The notes beneath the pieces were generated by a model. It was not told the origin of the DNA, made no database searches, and worked only from the letters and a program-made list of their open reading frames with translations. The translations under genes and the position numbers were made by a program. A stretch of DNA of 63,869 bases, the filler included, from Choristocarpus tenellus KU-1152 (lineage: Eukaryota; Protista; Phaeophyceae): NCBI GenBank assembly GCA_964200185.2. It is 14 parts of 14 records of this genome, joined end to end, with 100 filler letters (N's around TTAATTAATTAA, not from the genome) between each part and the next. Parts side by side here need not be neighbours in the genome. Positions count along the whole stretch, not along the records: positions 1 to 6,074 come from CAXNAD020009009.1; positions 6,175 to 13,836 come from CAXNAD020005793.1; 12 more parts are not named here. One strand, written 5' to 3'. Positions 1 through 13,283 of this stretch are shown one piece after another; position 1 is the stretch's first letter; the number at the start of each line of letters is the position of its first letter.

Positions 1-51
1 CAAATGGACACCCTGGTGTAGACCCCCCCCCCCTCCCAGATACGTTGGGTC
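1..51 (-). mobile_element. MITE family B, partial copy (window edge)
   Basis: CAAATGGACACCCTGGTGTAGAC(C)n AGATACGTTGGGTC is the reverse complement of the family-B end seen at 26594, 37352 and 53909. Confidence 0.8.
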
Positions 52-1589
52 ACTGGACACCTATTAAAAGAAGGATAAGCACACCAGGATTTCGTACAAC
101 AGAAGATCTCGAGACCCCTCTTTACTGGGAGTGTACTCCCTCTTGAACACTACACATACGTACAACTATACACAACATAAGATGCACACTGCAAAGAATC
201 ATGTAACCAACAAAAACCCACTGGCACGGAGACACTCGGTGATAAATGCGCAATAAAAAGGGACACACATAATGCAAAGAAACATTCTGAGTCACAGAGA
301 AGTACCACTAGTGTGCAAATTACCTTGGGAGGTAATGCTATTTGTCAGTAGTGAAGATAAGAAGGTGTGAAGCCTCACACAACCCCTTTCGCTGAACGTG
401 AAAAAAATGGAAGGTTGAAAATAGAAGAGTGACCTTTGTGGGGTGTCTTCTCATTGTGTGTTTACTATTATTGAGTTTTCGCTGTCTATCTCAAATTAGT
501 GAAAAGGGAATGGATAATAAACAAATTCCATATATAATCCGGATGTACTATCTCATTAGTTACATCACATGGATTGAATTCAACATTATAATCTCATATA
601 CACAAATTAAGGTACACTTCACTATTGTCCTATTTTGCACAACTAGGAACTAGGAACCTGGTGGGAGCTAGCATCATGCCAGGACATTGCATTTTGGAGG
701 GCTGGATCATATGGCTCATTGTAGCCGACAGCATGTGCAAATACAGGAGTATTAGGTTCACAGCAGGCCTTACAAAAATATGGAGGTGAACTTGGAGAGG
801 AGAAGAGTTTCCGAGACTCTGTAACAGAGTAGTTACCACTCATGCCATATGTGGCTTAAGGCAATGCCTTGCCAAACAGTCCGCCCATTAGCCCGGCAGT
901 CACTTTTATCACAGGTAGAGGATGTAATGTACATCACGGTTCCAACCCGTGACCCTATCCCCCTGAACAATAGATCTTGAAGGCAATGCTGCGCTATTCC
1001 TTACACCCCTTGACCTGCCAGACATTCCAAAAGAGGGTCCAGCAGAACAAGCCACTTGTGGGGATGCCACACCCTCACCAGCAGCGTCAATGCAACTTAC
1101 CCCCCACCCACCAACATCAATGCCAGTATCTACTTGAAGGTCATCGTCCCCATGAATCTATTATCCTCCTGGTCAGCTTCGCCCTTGGAATCTTCCATAC
1201 CTCTTAAGAGTGTAGAGCTGGGTCATTCTCATCCGATTCGATATAGTCACTACCATGCTCTTTGCCCTTCTTATCCTCGAACTAATTCAGGAGCCTGAGG
1301 TATTGCTTGGTGTAACCAATTTTCATCGCCACCAACCAGTCCCATCTAGCAGTGTTTCCCACCCCTTACCACCAGTGTGTGGAAACAAGGGCAAGCCATG
1401 GGTATATATTCAGATTTCTGGGTTGGTGATAGGAGCAAGGTGCAAAAACGAGAGCTCAACAGGTACTGCTTACTTGGTACATTTTCCCACTTGCTTAGCA
1501 CTGAGTAGGGCCTAGCCTCCGCTCACAGCCTAATGAAGATGGACATTTAGGCAAGATACAGAACACCTCCTGAAGCAATCATCAAGTAG

Positions 1590-2330
1590 TACTTCTGGTC
1601 CTGACAAGACACACTCTTGAAGATTGACCACAGACTAATTGCCCTTTCAACTGGTCCACCGTCTGACTCCTTGGCCGCTGTAGCAACTGCTATCTGATAG
1701 TATGGCTCTCATCCTAGAAGGGTGTACTCAACCATTGCTTAGACATCCTCAGAAACGCGCCATTAACGATGTTGATACATCGACAGGCGCACACATATTC
1801 TGGGTGAAGAGCATATGCAGCAGAGTATTATGGGGATTCACACATTCAGGTATAAATCTCTGGGATGACATTTTGATAGAGCGAGCAAGTCCAATACAGA
1901 CGCTTTATAGTCTTTGGTGCAATGGAGCACTGCTACTGTGGTATCATGGTTGTGCTATTTTCTGGTAGGCATCTCCTACACAACCTTGAGCATACCCACA
2001 TTGGACACAATCTAGTATTTGAAAGTGTCGATGTGTGGCTAAAGCTCGTGTCAAGCCACGTCGATTGAATCCAACAACTGTTCCTGGTCTTTGAAAAAAA
2101 GATGTTGACAAGTGGGTTCCCTGATAGTGAGTGAGACAAAAAAAAGCGAAAATGAAAGGAGAGTATACCAATTGGAGCACTGAGAAAAGAACCAGCCAAC
2201 AGAGACGCGTGAAGAGTCTGTGCTTTCCAATGTGCTCACACTTTCCCTCCCTTTCCTCACCTCTATATCTGGGGCTTGTAGAGAAGAGCTCTGCTGGACG
2301 TCCTTCAAATCCCCCAAAGCGCCCAATAAA
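1590..2330 (-). pseudogene. Degenerate hAT-like transposase fragment
   Basis: Minus-strand pieces broken by stops and frameshifts: ..ILDCVQCGYAQGCVGDAYQKI.., SP*YSAAYALHPEY (~1795-1830, cf. hAT LHxAAYxLxPxY) and ER..WSIF (dimerisation-region-like). Confidence 0.4.
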
Positions 2331-2662
2331 GTGGAACCCTGAACGAAATTCCACATGAGGTATACTCCACTTTCACAGTTCCTCCTTCTTCTCAAGCTCA
2401 TTGGTGTACCTGATCAGTGGACACTTATGATGGGATCTGGTCACCCTCTGAAGTCTTTGCGGCAGAACAATGTGTTCCCATAGAAAGGACTTGCTGGTAC
2501 GTCGGTGGAGTGTGCAGAGCACTGAAGCAAGCAATATTTCGTGCCTGCAATCCTGTGCCCTGTCTATGGCGTTGTATTGTGTGGTCCACCTCTCAGCTCT
2601 CAGTCACCTGCTCATGGACCAGATTGTCCTATTTTCACTATACAATTAAATATGGTTTCAAG

Positions 2663-3031
2663 TGTAAATATGTGTGGACTTCAGAGTTGTCCGTTCTCAA
2701 ACCGTTTATTTCCGTATACGATCTGTATACCATCGTAATGTTTGAGGTCCCTTTTCAGGAATCCTACATTCCAGTGGAGGCTCTTCAGTGGGACAGATTC
2801 TCACACAATCTCTTCAAGAGATCGGATCTGCAGGCAGACTCTCGTTTGAAGCCTCCTCCTGTCTCTCTCGTAATCCTCTTCACTCTCCAAACTTGTTCTT
2901 GTCCAACCTCACATTTTACTCTCTCTTATGGTTTTGCCTTGATTGGTCTAGTCCGTCTTGCCCGGTGATCCCATTAACCCCTCTGCCCTTGCTTGAGTGA
3001 ACCATGCTGCTACAGAATCACCGGATTCACA
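2663..3031 (+). mobile_element. LTR-like sequence (solo or 3' LTR) of the Gypsy family at 27.4-27.8 kb and 28.7 kb
   Basis: 3' part GTCCGTCTTGCCCGGTGAT..CTTGCTTGAGTGAACCATGCTGCTACAGAATCACCGGATTCACA matches 28760-28839 (+) and 27434-27520 (-). Ends in CA; 5' boundary approximate. Confidence 0.6.
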
Positions 3032-3979
3032 CACACGCACACACACACATCTATATTATTATTATTTGCCTTGCATTAGTTGGGGATGACCCCGACCCGT
3101 GGTCAGAGACTCTAAACACTCCACTACTTTTCATTCCAACTACCACCTACTAACTACTCTTGCACTTAAGACTAATTACATTGGCTCCGTTCCTGCCTTG
3201 CTTCTCGCGTGTTGTTGGGTTCAGCACATATGCCGTTCATCCTTCCGTTTCCTCCCTCGAATGTTGTGCTGGACCCACCCTCGGGTTTCAGCATTGACCT
3301 TGGTCCAGCGTTTTTTTTGTGGTGTAAGCACAGAGAGGATACTTGTAGTATAGGTGTACAATCCGTTGATCTTGAGATGTGGAATAACATAATTGAAACC
3401 AGGTTTACGTTAAAAGAAGTCTGTCATCGAAGGGTTCAAGCACACTATTATATTTGGTTACAACTCTCCCTTCGAGCCACTAGGGTCCTCAAATTGAAAC
3501 AGTCCAAACAAGAACCAAGCAAGCGATCTCGTAATTACCAGACCGACATAGTGGTAAACATGTATCTTCATATATAAACCTCATGAGTTCAACCTAGAGC
3601 AGGTGAACAAGAAGGGGCTTGACAGATTCTTGGGATACTTCCCTAGGTCCTTACCTATCTTCGTAGGGATAAGCCAGGTTAAAACCTCGAAATGGATAGA
3701 TAATTCAAAATAGTAGTCTTCATTCTACTACCACAACTTTACCTATATACTACCAAGTTTATTTTTGATACAACTACTACTCTTTGTTGTATGTATAATA
3801 TGAAATATATATTATTTGAGACCAAATTAGTAGTATCTTTCGTCTTAAAACAATAGCACAACAATAGTAAACATTGTTGGGGGTGAGTTAACTCTTATCG
3901 CTTAAGAGTCTCCTCTCGAGTTGTCCACATTCTGAAAGCGCTGGAGAACGTTTCCCCGTTCAACTTGAAGCACGAGAGA

Positions 3980-4991
3980 ATGGATGGCGATAGAGAGTCA
4001 TGGGGTGGCCAATCAGGTCATGAGGTACTGACCCTGCAGGTATGACAAGAGGTGGGGCGGCCTCGTAGTATCAAAGGATTTCGATTGCAAGAGGAAAAAA
4101 ACGTGCAGGATGTGAGAAAGGGGTCGTTAGTCGAGTACCTGTAGCAACTCACTCGACTGGCTTCATATGGATAAGAAGGGTGAGATGTCTTCAGCGCTGC
4201 ACTTGGAATGTAGCGCCTGGTATAGCAGAAGGAGGCCCAAGCCTCAACCGAGAAGACATTGACCTGCAGTTTGTTTTGTGGCAAGAAAACAGACCCATTT
4301 GGTAGAGATCTTAATTGGACGTTCCCTTCCACCCGAATTTTGCACCCCGTTCCGGTGACACACACAATTGACTAAAACCCATAGCCGATACAATACTATA
4401 CCAAGAGGAATGCCTTCAGTCGGTCAGTACAACTTTGTACTGTGTGTGGTCTCTGGTTTGATAGAGCAACTCCAGAGAAAAAAATATCCTCAGGTGTTAT
4501 CCTTTGAACCAGTGTTCAGGATAGGAAAGGCATGACGTCTTCGGGTACGTATGGGGTCTATTAGCTGCTATTAGCTGACCAAAATAGGAATAAAAGTAAA
4601 AAACACCCCTTTTACCACTGGTACTTGTCACATCTAATGTATAGAGGGGATATAGAGTGCAACTAAAAGTTGTGACCCTCTCGCTGTCTCCGCCAGGGTT
4701 GTCGGCCAACATTTGAGTAAATGTACAACACCAGACTCGTTGAATAACTGTTTTTCCTTGCCTTACTTTCTGGTGCTTCTACACCCTTCCTGGCCCTGCG
4801 TCGTGGACAAAGGTTGGACGTTTCGCCAATTTTGTTGGGACTCACTTTTGGAATTTCCAGGACGAGCTATTGCTACTCGCCGACCGTGGAGGTATTGTAG
4901 ACAACTACGACCATGGAATATTGCATAAAAGTGCCACGGGAAGAAGCGGGGTGCACGGACTCATGCCGCGGGTGCTAGCGTTTGATACAAG
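3980..4991 (+). CDS. MSTO1: Misato/DML1 tubulin-FtsZ-like protein, 5' exons (partial gene)
   Basis: Exon 1 3980-4039 MDGDRESWGGQSGHEVLTLQ|GT. Exon 2 4813-4991 AG|VGRFANFVGTHFWNFQDELLLLAD...PRVLAFDTR|GT. The joined EVLTLQVGRFANFVGTHFWNFQDE is the Misato N-terminal signature and the phases are compatible. Confidence 0.9.
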
Positions 4992-5451
4992 GTTGGTGAG
5001 AGAGCTAGCCTGGGGCATAGTCGATGTTGTGGTGGATGGTTTCGTGATGGACGGCAAGAAGATGGAATTGCAGAGATTACTGGATGAATGTGTATGCATG
5101 TTGGAGCTATATTTGCGGGGGCAAGGGGTTTGCCATATTCTTCAAAACTCAATGCTAGGTGGTGTGGTGTTGAGTGGTAAAAGGGCATGGAGAACGGTAT
5201 GAATGGAGTGTTTTGGAAGAACTTATTCGATCAAGGTGTTCTGGGATGTCTCGGTTTTTTTATCAGTGCTGACTGTGTCTTGTGTATGTTACATCTGCTA
5301 TGCATTTTTTTGTGCTTTTATTTGTGTTAGTATTGTTTTTGTAGCATGTCCTGTCACCATTGATGTGGAACATATAGTGCCAATATCGCAACAAATGTAA
5401 GCTGGATGTGTGTATGGATTTTATGATCAAGGGCAAGGTTCGGGTGTTGTG

Positions 5452-5469
5452 TTAGGGTTAGGGTTAGGG
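5452..5469 (+). repeat. Interstitial (TTAGGG)3 telomere-type repeat
   Basis: gttagggttagggttaggg. Confidence 0.7.
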
Positions 5470-5551
5470 CTATGCTTCGGTTGAGCAACTTGTCGTGTAC
5501 ATTACTACTCTAGGAGCTGATGGTTTGTGCATGCAACTTTGGTTGCTTGCG

Positions 5552-5594
<43 letters not shown>

Positions 5595-6000
5595 ACCCCC
5601 CCCACCAACCCCGCCCCCGCCCCCCCCCCCCAACCAACAAAAAAAAAGCAACAAAAACCCANNNNNNNNNNCTTGCGGTCCTGTTGGCGCCTGTTCTTTC
5701 TCTTCTTTTCCCCTGGGGTGTTGTTGTTTTTTTTTTCCCTTTGGTTCCCCCCCCCCCCCCCCCCCCCCCTCCCTGAACATGTTCAGACTTCCTGCTGATG
5801 GTGGACAACTCCTGTTTAGTCAAACCAAAGAATAGATGGGCAGCAATTTCACAAGTGTCTGATTGGAACATGCCCAATGTGAGTAGATGCCATCTGTATC
5901 CCTGTAGCACACCTGTTTATGGCCTGATACCAGTGTGTAGATATGTTGCATTCGGTGCTTTCGATTTTACAAGTAGCACTGTTACTCATCTTCCCACCGC

Positions 6001-6074
6001 TTACCTCTGTTTGTCCTTTTGGGGCTTGGCTTCCCACGTTTTTTTAATGACATTTTCCCCTACTCCGAAATGTT
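6001..6074. mobile_element. MITE family A, partial copy cut by contig end
   Basis: CTGTTTGTCCTTTTGGGGCTTGGCTTCCCACG..CCTACTCCGAAATGTT matches the internal family-A sequence. Confidence 0.7.
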
Positions 6075-6174
6075 NNNNNNNNNNNNNNNNNNNNNNNNNN
6101 NNNNNNNNNNNNNNNNNNTTAATTAATTAANNNNNNNNNNNNNNNNNNNNNNNNNNNNNNNNNNNNNNNNNNNN
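6075..6174. other. Artificial contig linker (N-run, TTAATTAATTAA, N-run), first of 13
   Basis: Identical ~100-nt spacer with all-frame stops. Others at about 13837, 19527, 24261, 28555, 33813, 37569, 40279, 43472, 49484, 52256, 55699 and 60840. Confidence 0.97.
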
Positions 6175-7263
6175 GTACCAACTACTCTGGTGGTGCAAAA
6201 GGGGTAGGGTGGGGGGGGGGGGGGGGGGGAGGATGAACAGGGGGTAAAGTTGTATTAAGATAAGACCACCCCTCTACTAGAGCCTACAATGGGGGATGGT
6301 CCTAGAAAATATTAGATTCAATGCCTGCTGTGTAGTTGGTGTATACTTCAAGTAAGTCATTGGCAACTTTGGCTTGTCCCTAACACCATGCCCTGTGCCC
6401 TCAACAAAGTACCGTGTATGAGGTCCAAGTTCCAATTGCATAACGACTATAGGAAGGAACTCCACAAGGCTGAGTCACTCTTACTACAAATATGAACTAT
6501 GGGTCCTGCGGCTCTTCTCTTTTTGTAGTTTAATTACAGAACGTTTACTACAAAAATGTTTGTCCACGTATCACAGAGACCGTACAATGACAAAGTCTTC
6601 ACTGAATGCAGGGATTGGCTCAATATCGGCAATTGAGTAAAAATGGTACAAAAAAACAACTTCATTTCACACAATATTTCATCAATCCGCAGGAACTACT
6701 ATTCTCAAGCAATATTCAAATTATGTACTAAACCCAACACATGAATCTCCATTTCAATATTCAGAGTGTACACTTCGTCGCAGCTGTTCCAGGGTCTCAG
6801 GACGAAGTTGTTTATCATGATAGCATACATCCAGCATACTGGAGGCCACTATCACATACAATTGTATATACAACCACCTTCAAGAAAAAAACATAAAAGA
6901 GCAAGTCCTTCCTCACTACTAACAATGATGACCCCATACTGCTCAAGCCTCCTGTATCAACCGACACTAGAGGTTCAAATTCCTAACCCTACCATCACAT
7001 TGCGAATATCTCAAGTCTGCTGACTGACCAAGAGCACGCAGCAGTTTGCTCAGCCTCAAAAAGCGAGACAGCAGCGCTCTGATACACTTCGGGGCTACAG
7101 TACAATCTACTTGACACAACGGAACCCTGACTCTCCCCTCCTTTCACTACAGCTGACATGCAGTCAACTGTTTATTGAAGCACTACTGGAAACCTAGGCT
7201 TTAGAGAATATTAGGATCATGTAACCCCCACAGAGCAGCAAGGACGCCAACAAAACTACCCAC

Positions 7264-10200
7264 CTCCTGTGAAGCAACATTGACCACAAGGAACCTGTCT
7301 CCTTTAGACCCCGCAGAACGAACATGTGCATCCTTCACCAACTGGTCTGTTATACCCTTTTTCCAGTAACCATATAGGTCTTTGCTGGCAGACACACTGA
7401 CCCTGCAGTTAAACATAGGGCATGTCAGGCTGGGGGTAGAGAGATGGGGAGAAGGGCTAAGCTCTGACCTGTTGTGCGTTATGACTTTTTTTTACTCTCC
7501 AGTCTTGAGTGTATAGTGTTGAAACATAGGCCATCCCACCGTATACTGGTTCATAGTAATCAGCAAGCAACAGTTCAATTTAAACTCACTGAAATACATG
7601 GATGGATACTGATTCACCAGTGGACAAGAACATTCATATAGAACTGCCTGTTTTTTCTCCTGTCTCTCTAATTTCCACTGGTTTTGGGGTATACAGGGCC
7701 CCCTGCGACCTCTGTCCTATCGCTCTCATATTCAGGGTATCTAGCCTGGATAATGCACAGCCACAGTGTCATACTCATCATCTATTTCTACATCCTCACA
7801 CAAGGATCAAGCCTCTTCAGAAAGATTCATCAGCTGTCCTTCCTCAAAGAACAAGACTCTCCTCAGAGTTTCAGTAATTCGTTTCTTCTCAAGGAAAAAG
7901 TTTTTTTCACAGTGCATCGTCATTTGACCTTCCTCAAGGAGTAAGGTTATTCACAGAGTCTCATCAAGTTACAGGAACAAGGTTTCATTTCAAGATGAGC
8001 CTCACACGACCCAGTATGTCTTCAAAACGTCCATGGAAATTCTAGGTAAAACCATCTGCAAGTTGCTTCCCTGTGTTGATGTGTTAATCCCAGATGATGC
8101 TAGCAGCCACTCTTTCTTGTATAATACCAAATGTACACCAGCATGCTTGGTCCTGGGGCTGTACGCAATGTGTTGACAAGGTGGATGGCATACCGACCCT
8201 CCAACAGTGCCCCAGCACGGAACACCACATCTATGCAAAAGTTCCTGTCACAGTGAACAGGCTGCCATCCTCCAGTGTGCATGGAATACCCATTCCCCAG
8301 CAGACTTGGCCTATCCATTTCACCATCAATGTGTGTTAGCATAATTGTCTTCTCATCCGAGTTCAGGACTCCAGGGGTGGGTAATCTGAACTCTCCGGGG
8401 GAGTAGGGGGTCGTGGTCTTTGACTTGCTCAACTCATTGTTGCCCTATTTCCCCCGCTCCTTGATGCTGGCAAGTTCCCTGCTCTTTTAGTTCACACCGC
8501 CCCCGCTGTCCCTTCCCTTGTCTGCAGGAGCTGCACTTCCCTTACCTCCTTGTCCCTTCTTGTCTTTGCCGGCTTGATGTGTTCAAGGATTAGGAGGGTG
8601 GAGGTTGAGTAGGTGGGAGTGGATGGAATGATAGGAGACGCTAATCCCTCTGCTGGGTACAGGGAGGGGGGAGGTGGGGAAGGGAGTGGGGGAAGAGGTG
8701 GGGAGGGCTACCAAGGAACAAGTCATTCAGTAAATGCACTGCCCACTGGCTACTTTTGCGACACCGTGCTGTAAAAAGCGTCTAGAAGGTAATCTTGGTC
8801 TTGTGAGGGTATGTATGGTGTGAACCCCCAGTGAGAGCAAACCTGACAAAATACCTTCATTATCCCCCCATCCCAGTTAGAATGGAAATGGATGGAAGGT
8901 GCTATGTGGGAAGCCCAATGGAGGGAAGAAGGAGAGAAACATAGAGCAAGGAAAATGCATGGCCTCAATTGTCTTGTATGATCCAGTTGGTGGTGTATGT
9001 TGCATGTGGGTTGGGGTAATGGTTTGGGGGCCAGGATTCAGGAAATGGGTAGTCAAACAGGGGGGTAAAGTCTTGCTCAAAACCAGAGTTACAGATACTT
9101 GTGGTGGGGTGGACAGTGGGAGGAGGGGTGCCCTGACCCATGCAGTGAGGCCAGTGCCATTGGAGTTCTCACCCGATATGATCGGTGAAAACAGGTGAAT
9201 TAGGGCGGCAGTGACTGCATTAAGACGGGTGATGAGCTCACTGTGGGAGTGGTGTCTAAGGTGGAATGAGACCTGTGTAGGTGTTATTGAAGATAGGTGA
9301 TGGATATCTACGTACTACAATGAGGGTATGCAAAAAGGTGACTGACGTCTTCAGAGAGACCAACCATACGAGCGTGATGGATTGAGCAACCACAGGTGAG
9401 GTTACCGCTATTTTCAGGAGGGAGTGGCTCTAGACACCATGGGCAAAGGGGAAATGAAGGGGAGGGAACTGGGGGGCGAGGGGGCAGGATAGAAAGTAGG
9501 CAAATGGACAGGATCGTAAAAGGGCCAGAGGAGGATCGGGTGCGGATGGAATGGAGGATGGCCTGGGGTCCAAACCTGCTCCCCATAGCAGCATAGAAAG
9601 ATTTGGGTGAATCCAGGCACAGCAGGTTTGGCAAGGCTTTAAGGGCAGGTACGGAGGTAGAGGGCAGAGTCACAGCCCAAGTTAAGGGTGTGTGGGCAGG
9701 TAAAAGGGCATACTGGCAAATTCAATTTGGGATATACATATGAGGCAGGACTACTGCAAGGTTGGGGTGTGAGTGCTGGGGCGGGTGTGGATTAGCTATT
9801 GCTGGGCTTTGTCACGAGCCTTTCCCAAAGGGGACTGCAATCCATCCAACCTCAACACTCACGCCCCAACCTTGTAGGAGCTGTGCCCAATATGAATCTC
9901 CCAAATCAAGTTGCCAGCATATCGATTTGCCTACCACACCCCCTTGACTTGGGTTGTGCCTCTACCCTTTACCTTTGTGCCCACCTCTTAAAGCCTTGCC
10001 CAACCTGCTGCGCCCTGGCCTCACCCAAATCTTTCTATGCTGATATGGACATCAGGTTTTGACCTCAAGTCATCCTCCATTCCATCCGCACCTAATCATC
10101 CTCTGCCTATTTCACAATCACACTCTTGCGCCCTCTTTCTATCCTGAGCCTCTCCCCAGACCCACTACCTCGTGAAAATAATCTCCCATGCAATTGCTCA

Positions 10201-13200
10201 ATCTGCCCCAACTGTATGATAAGCCTCTGTGTAGAGGTCAACCACCCTCTTGCCTGCCCTCACCGTGGCTCACACACACCCATCCCCATTCTTTCCAATC
10301 ACTCATACACAGTCCTCTCCAGTGAGCTCATTGCACGTCCCAATGCAGTTTGTTGGTTGTATCCTCGAGACCCTTTCCCTATAACCTACCCATACAACTG
10401 TCCTACCTGCCTTACGATAGTTCATCTGCGTATTTTGCCTTTTCCTTGCTTACTATTGTTCTGTTTTTCCTCCTTCCATTCTGTAGTTATGTATTCAATC
10501 GAATGGTGCTTCACACCCTTTCATTTAGTAATCCCTCTCTACCCAATTCTAGACATTGCATCCTAATTGCGAGCATCCCCATTGCTCCATGGTAAAGGAG
10601 GCTGTTCCTGAAATGAATTTCATGGGTCTAAACACCATCGACAAAACAATTCTTTTCAAAAGAATCTGGTTTCAATTCCCCGAAGTATACGGGGTAGGCA
10701 CAACAGATTGTACACCTATACAATCTTGTCTGTCACCACACCACAAAAAGCTTCAGACTAATATCAAGATTCGAGGGAGGAGGCAGAGCAATGTGCAGTA
10801 GCATTGCTTAACCCAACATGTGAGAAGCAAGGTGGAACGGAGGCAGTTCCACTAGTTAGTGTGACATGTAGTACTACAGTAGTTAGTGTAACAATTAGTA
10901 CTACAGTAGCTAGAGTGAGAAGTATTGCAGTGTGTGGTGCCTCTGACTGCCTGCCAGGATAGACCCCAGACTAAAGTGAAGGCCATCATACAGTAACAAT
11001 AATATAATCCCAAATGATATTCAACATATATTCCAGTTTCAGTCTACAACTGGTACCCTGGTCAGCCCAGCATATCAATTGGTGGAGGGTGTTCAAAGAT
11101 AGGTCATCCCATTGTATACTGCTGAGTACTTCATAGAACCCAATAAACAGCTGTTCAATAATCATAACAGACTGAAGTACACTGAACGTCAGATATTTAC
11201 TGAGTCAGAATTGGACAAGATGCATTATACGTAGAAGAGGATATGTTCCTCCTCACAAAGAGAATATTTGATTCCAAGAGACACTAACTTGGGTCCCCAA
11301 TTTCTCTCTCACCACTGTAGATTCCACTGACTTCAAGATCCACACAACACCTCCATGACCTCTGTCCGGTCACGCTCGTACTCATGATATCTAGCCTAGA
11401 TATTACATAGCCACAAAGTCATTTTCATTGGTTACTTCTACATCCTTACTCAAGGATCAAGCCTCTTCAAAGAGCATCACTAGTTACGCATGCTCAAGGA
11501 ATAAGACTGTCCTCAGAACAATATTCATTCGTCCTTTCTCAAGGAACAAGGTTCTGCACATAGCATCAAGTTACAAGAACATTTTTTCTATTATATAGCA
11601 CATGCCTATCACACTCAGAACAGCTAGTCTTGCACATGAAGTTGTACTCACAAAAAAAAAGAGGGATTGGCTTGTAAACACATTCACACAACTTGAGATA
11701 CTCACATAGGCACAGGCACTCCCTCAAGTATTATCGTAACCCTAACCCTAACCCTAACCCTAAGCCACATACCTTGTGCTCATCTCTAACCGGTAAGGTT
11801 GGATGAGGTCAGTTGCTCTAAGCACCCCATACAGGCCACATAGCAGGCGCAAGCTGTTTCCTGCAAAGGCCCAGTCCTCTGTTGAGAAAGATGCCGCATC
11901 CAGACCCCTGAAGGCCGGGCCGTCAAAGGCAAGTGCCTTGAACGAAAAAGGCGCAGTTACAGGCACAAAGAAGGTTTGACCGATATCAGGAGAACAGAGA
12001 TAAATCAACAACAAAACGATGGTTTACAGAGTACTATGGCAGCATATGTTAGGACTAATGAAAACCCCCCATTCTCAATTTACTTTCAAGGATAACACTA
12101 TACATTTGTACATACATACTGGACTGGCAAGAGTCCTAACTTGCCACAAATATATAAACCGTACTTACGCCCCACACCACTTGCACTGTGCAAGCAGTGA
12201 CGAAGCAGATGAGAAATGAATTATTGCGCACATTAAGCTTCCCTCATGTTTTTGTCCCATTTTTCTCTAGTGATATCCATGGAATGCTTCTTTGGTTGAT
12301 GCAAGCTTAATAGTGCACAGATAAGCAGTATCATTGAACAGTTCCAAAACATTACCTAGCTCCTCCTCAGGATTTTTCTACTTGCTACCCGGTATGGTTT
12401 GAGGTTGTTGGTGTGGTGTTGAAGTCTACCACTACGATATCTTGATTTCTGTTACTTCCAGTGTGACTGCAGTATAAAACAAAGGATGGTACAACCTTTT
12501 GTACAGATATGAGAAGGTGCACAGTAGCAATATCAGCCCAGCGGCCTTTGTTTTCATGTATACAATGAGCCCACCGAATCGATTTTGCAATACTTTACCC
12601 TTCAGACATTGTAAAGTCTATGAGGTTGGCCAACCCTATCCCACAGAAAGAAACTCGATATGTCGCCACGCTACAACTTAAAAATCAAACAAATTTCGTC
12701 ACAGTTCGCATCTGGGAATCAACTTATTGGACGCGTTAACTTTATTTAGCACTACCCGCAAATATTCAAGTCGAAACCACCCCAACCACCTACCGCTGGC
12801 CTCACACGATCCTCATCTGTACTGGTAACAGCCTGGTCCGAAGGAAGGAAGCTCTGGAATCGTTCGTAGTTGAGTGCAGCAATCGTGTCGCTCACAGACA
12901 TCAGTTTTTTCAATTCCCCCTGCTTCTTGGCTCGCAATACCTGTTCGTATTGACCAGAAAGACGATAGGTATGGTAACGACAAGGAGATAAAGAATCAAT
13001 AAACGTTGGGGCAAGACGCAGAACCACGATAGAGACACAAGGATCGAATGAACCATTTCGCAGAGCTAAGCTCAGGAATACCCATGTTGAGGAAGTAGAA
13101 CGCATGAGGGGTAAGGGACAATAGTGAAGCCTTAGATGGCTCCTCTACTGCATCCACATAAATCACCTGTGCCACAGGGTCAGCCTCTGACAAGAGTGGC

Positions 13201-13283
13201 GGTTGTGTCCAATGCGACGAAAGACTCGGAGGAGGGGTCGCCCAGTTCAGCGTCTTCGCTGGTGACATCAAGATCAAGACCAT
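7264..13283 (-). CDS. yaaA: YaaA (UPF0246/DUF328) peroxide-stress protein, 4 exons, 3' end missing
   Basis: Exons 13283-13167 ([17 protein letters not shown]; upstream in-frame ATG at 13322), 12940-12794 (..[23 protein letters not shown]), 11936-11773 ([40 protein letters not shown]) and 7402-7264 ([15 protein letters not shown]). All introns GT-AG and in phase, with the YaaA motifs SPAK, GLYGxL, YRLEM and NxASxE. Confidence 0.93.
7520..7979 (+). repeat. LTR-like dispersed repeat, copy 1 (homologous to 11090-11581)
   Basis: Shared blocks ATAGGYCATCCCA..GTATACTG, GACCTCTGTCC, TATCTAGCCT, TTCTACATCCT..CAAGGATCAAGCCTCTTCA; both copies end CATCAAGTTACARGAACA. Confidence 0.6.
8000..9795 (-). mobile_element. 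Degenerate non-LTR retrotransposon (RLE/CRE-like) 3' fragments in the YaaA intron
   Basis: Minus-strand fragments with Cys/His knuckle-like [13 protein letters not shown] and [10 protein letters not shown]; many stops; homologous to the inverted copy at 9838-10345. Confidence 0.45.
9838..10345 (+). mobile_element. Second, inverted copy of the same LINE-like segment
   Basis: TTAAAGCCTTGCCCAACCTGCTG..TCACCCAAATCTTTCTATGCTG is the reverse complement of 9590-9645; encodes [23 protein letters not shown]. Confidence 0.55.
11090..11581 (+). repeat. LTR-like dispersed repeat, copy 2
   Basis: Direct-orientation homology to 7520-7979. Confidence 0.6.
11737..11763 (-). repeat. (TTAGGG)4 about 10 nt downstream of the YaaA exon-3 donor
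   Basis: taaccctaaccctaaccctaaccctaa on the + strand. Confidence 0.8.

Noticed and set aside
5470-5910. Poly-Pro/poly-Gly ORFs
   Set aside because: Translations of poly-C tracts in low-quality sequence containing Ns
7028-7110. Candidate fifth YaaA exon
   Set aside because: The required phase-0 frame hits a stop and the other frames lack YaaA motifs
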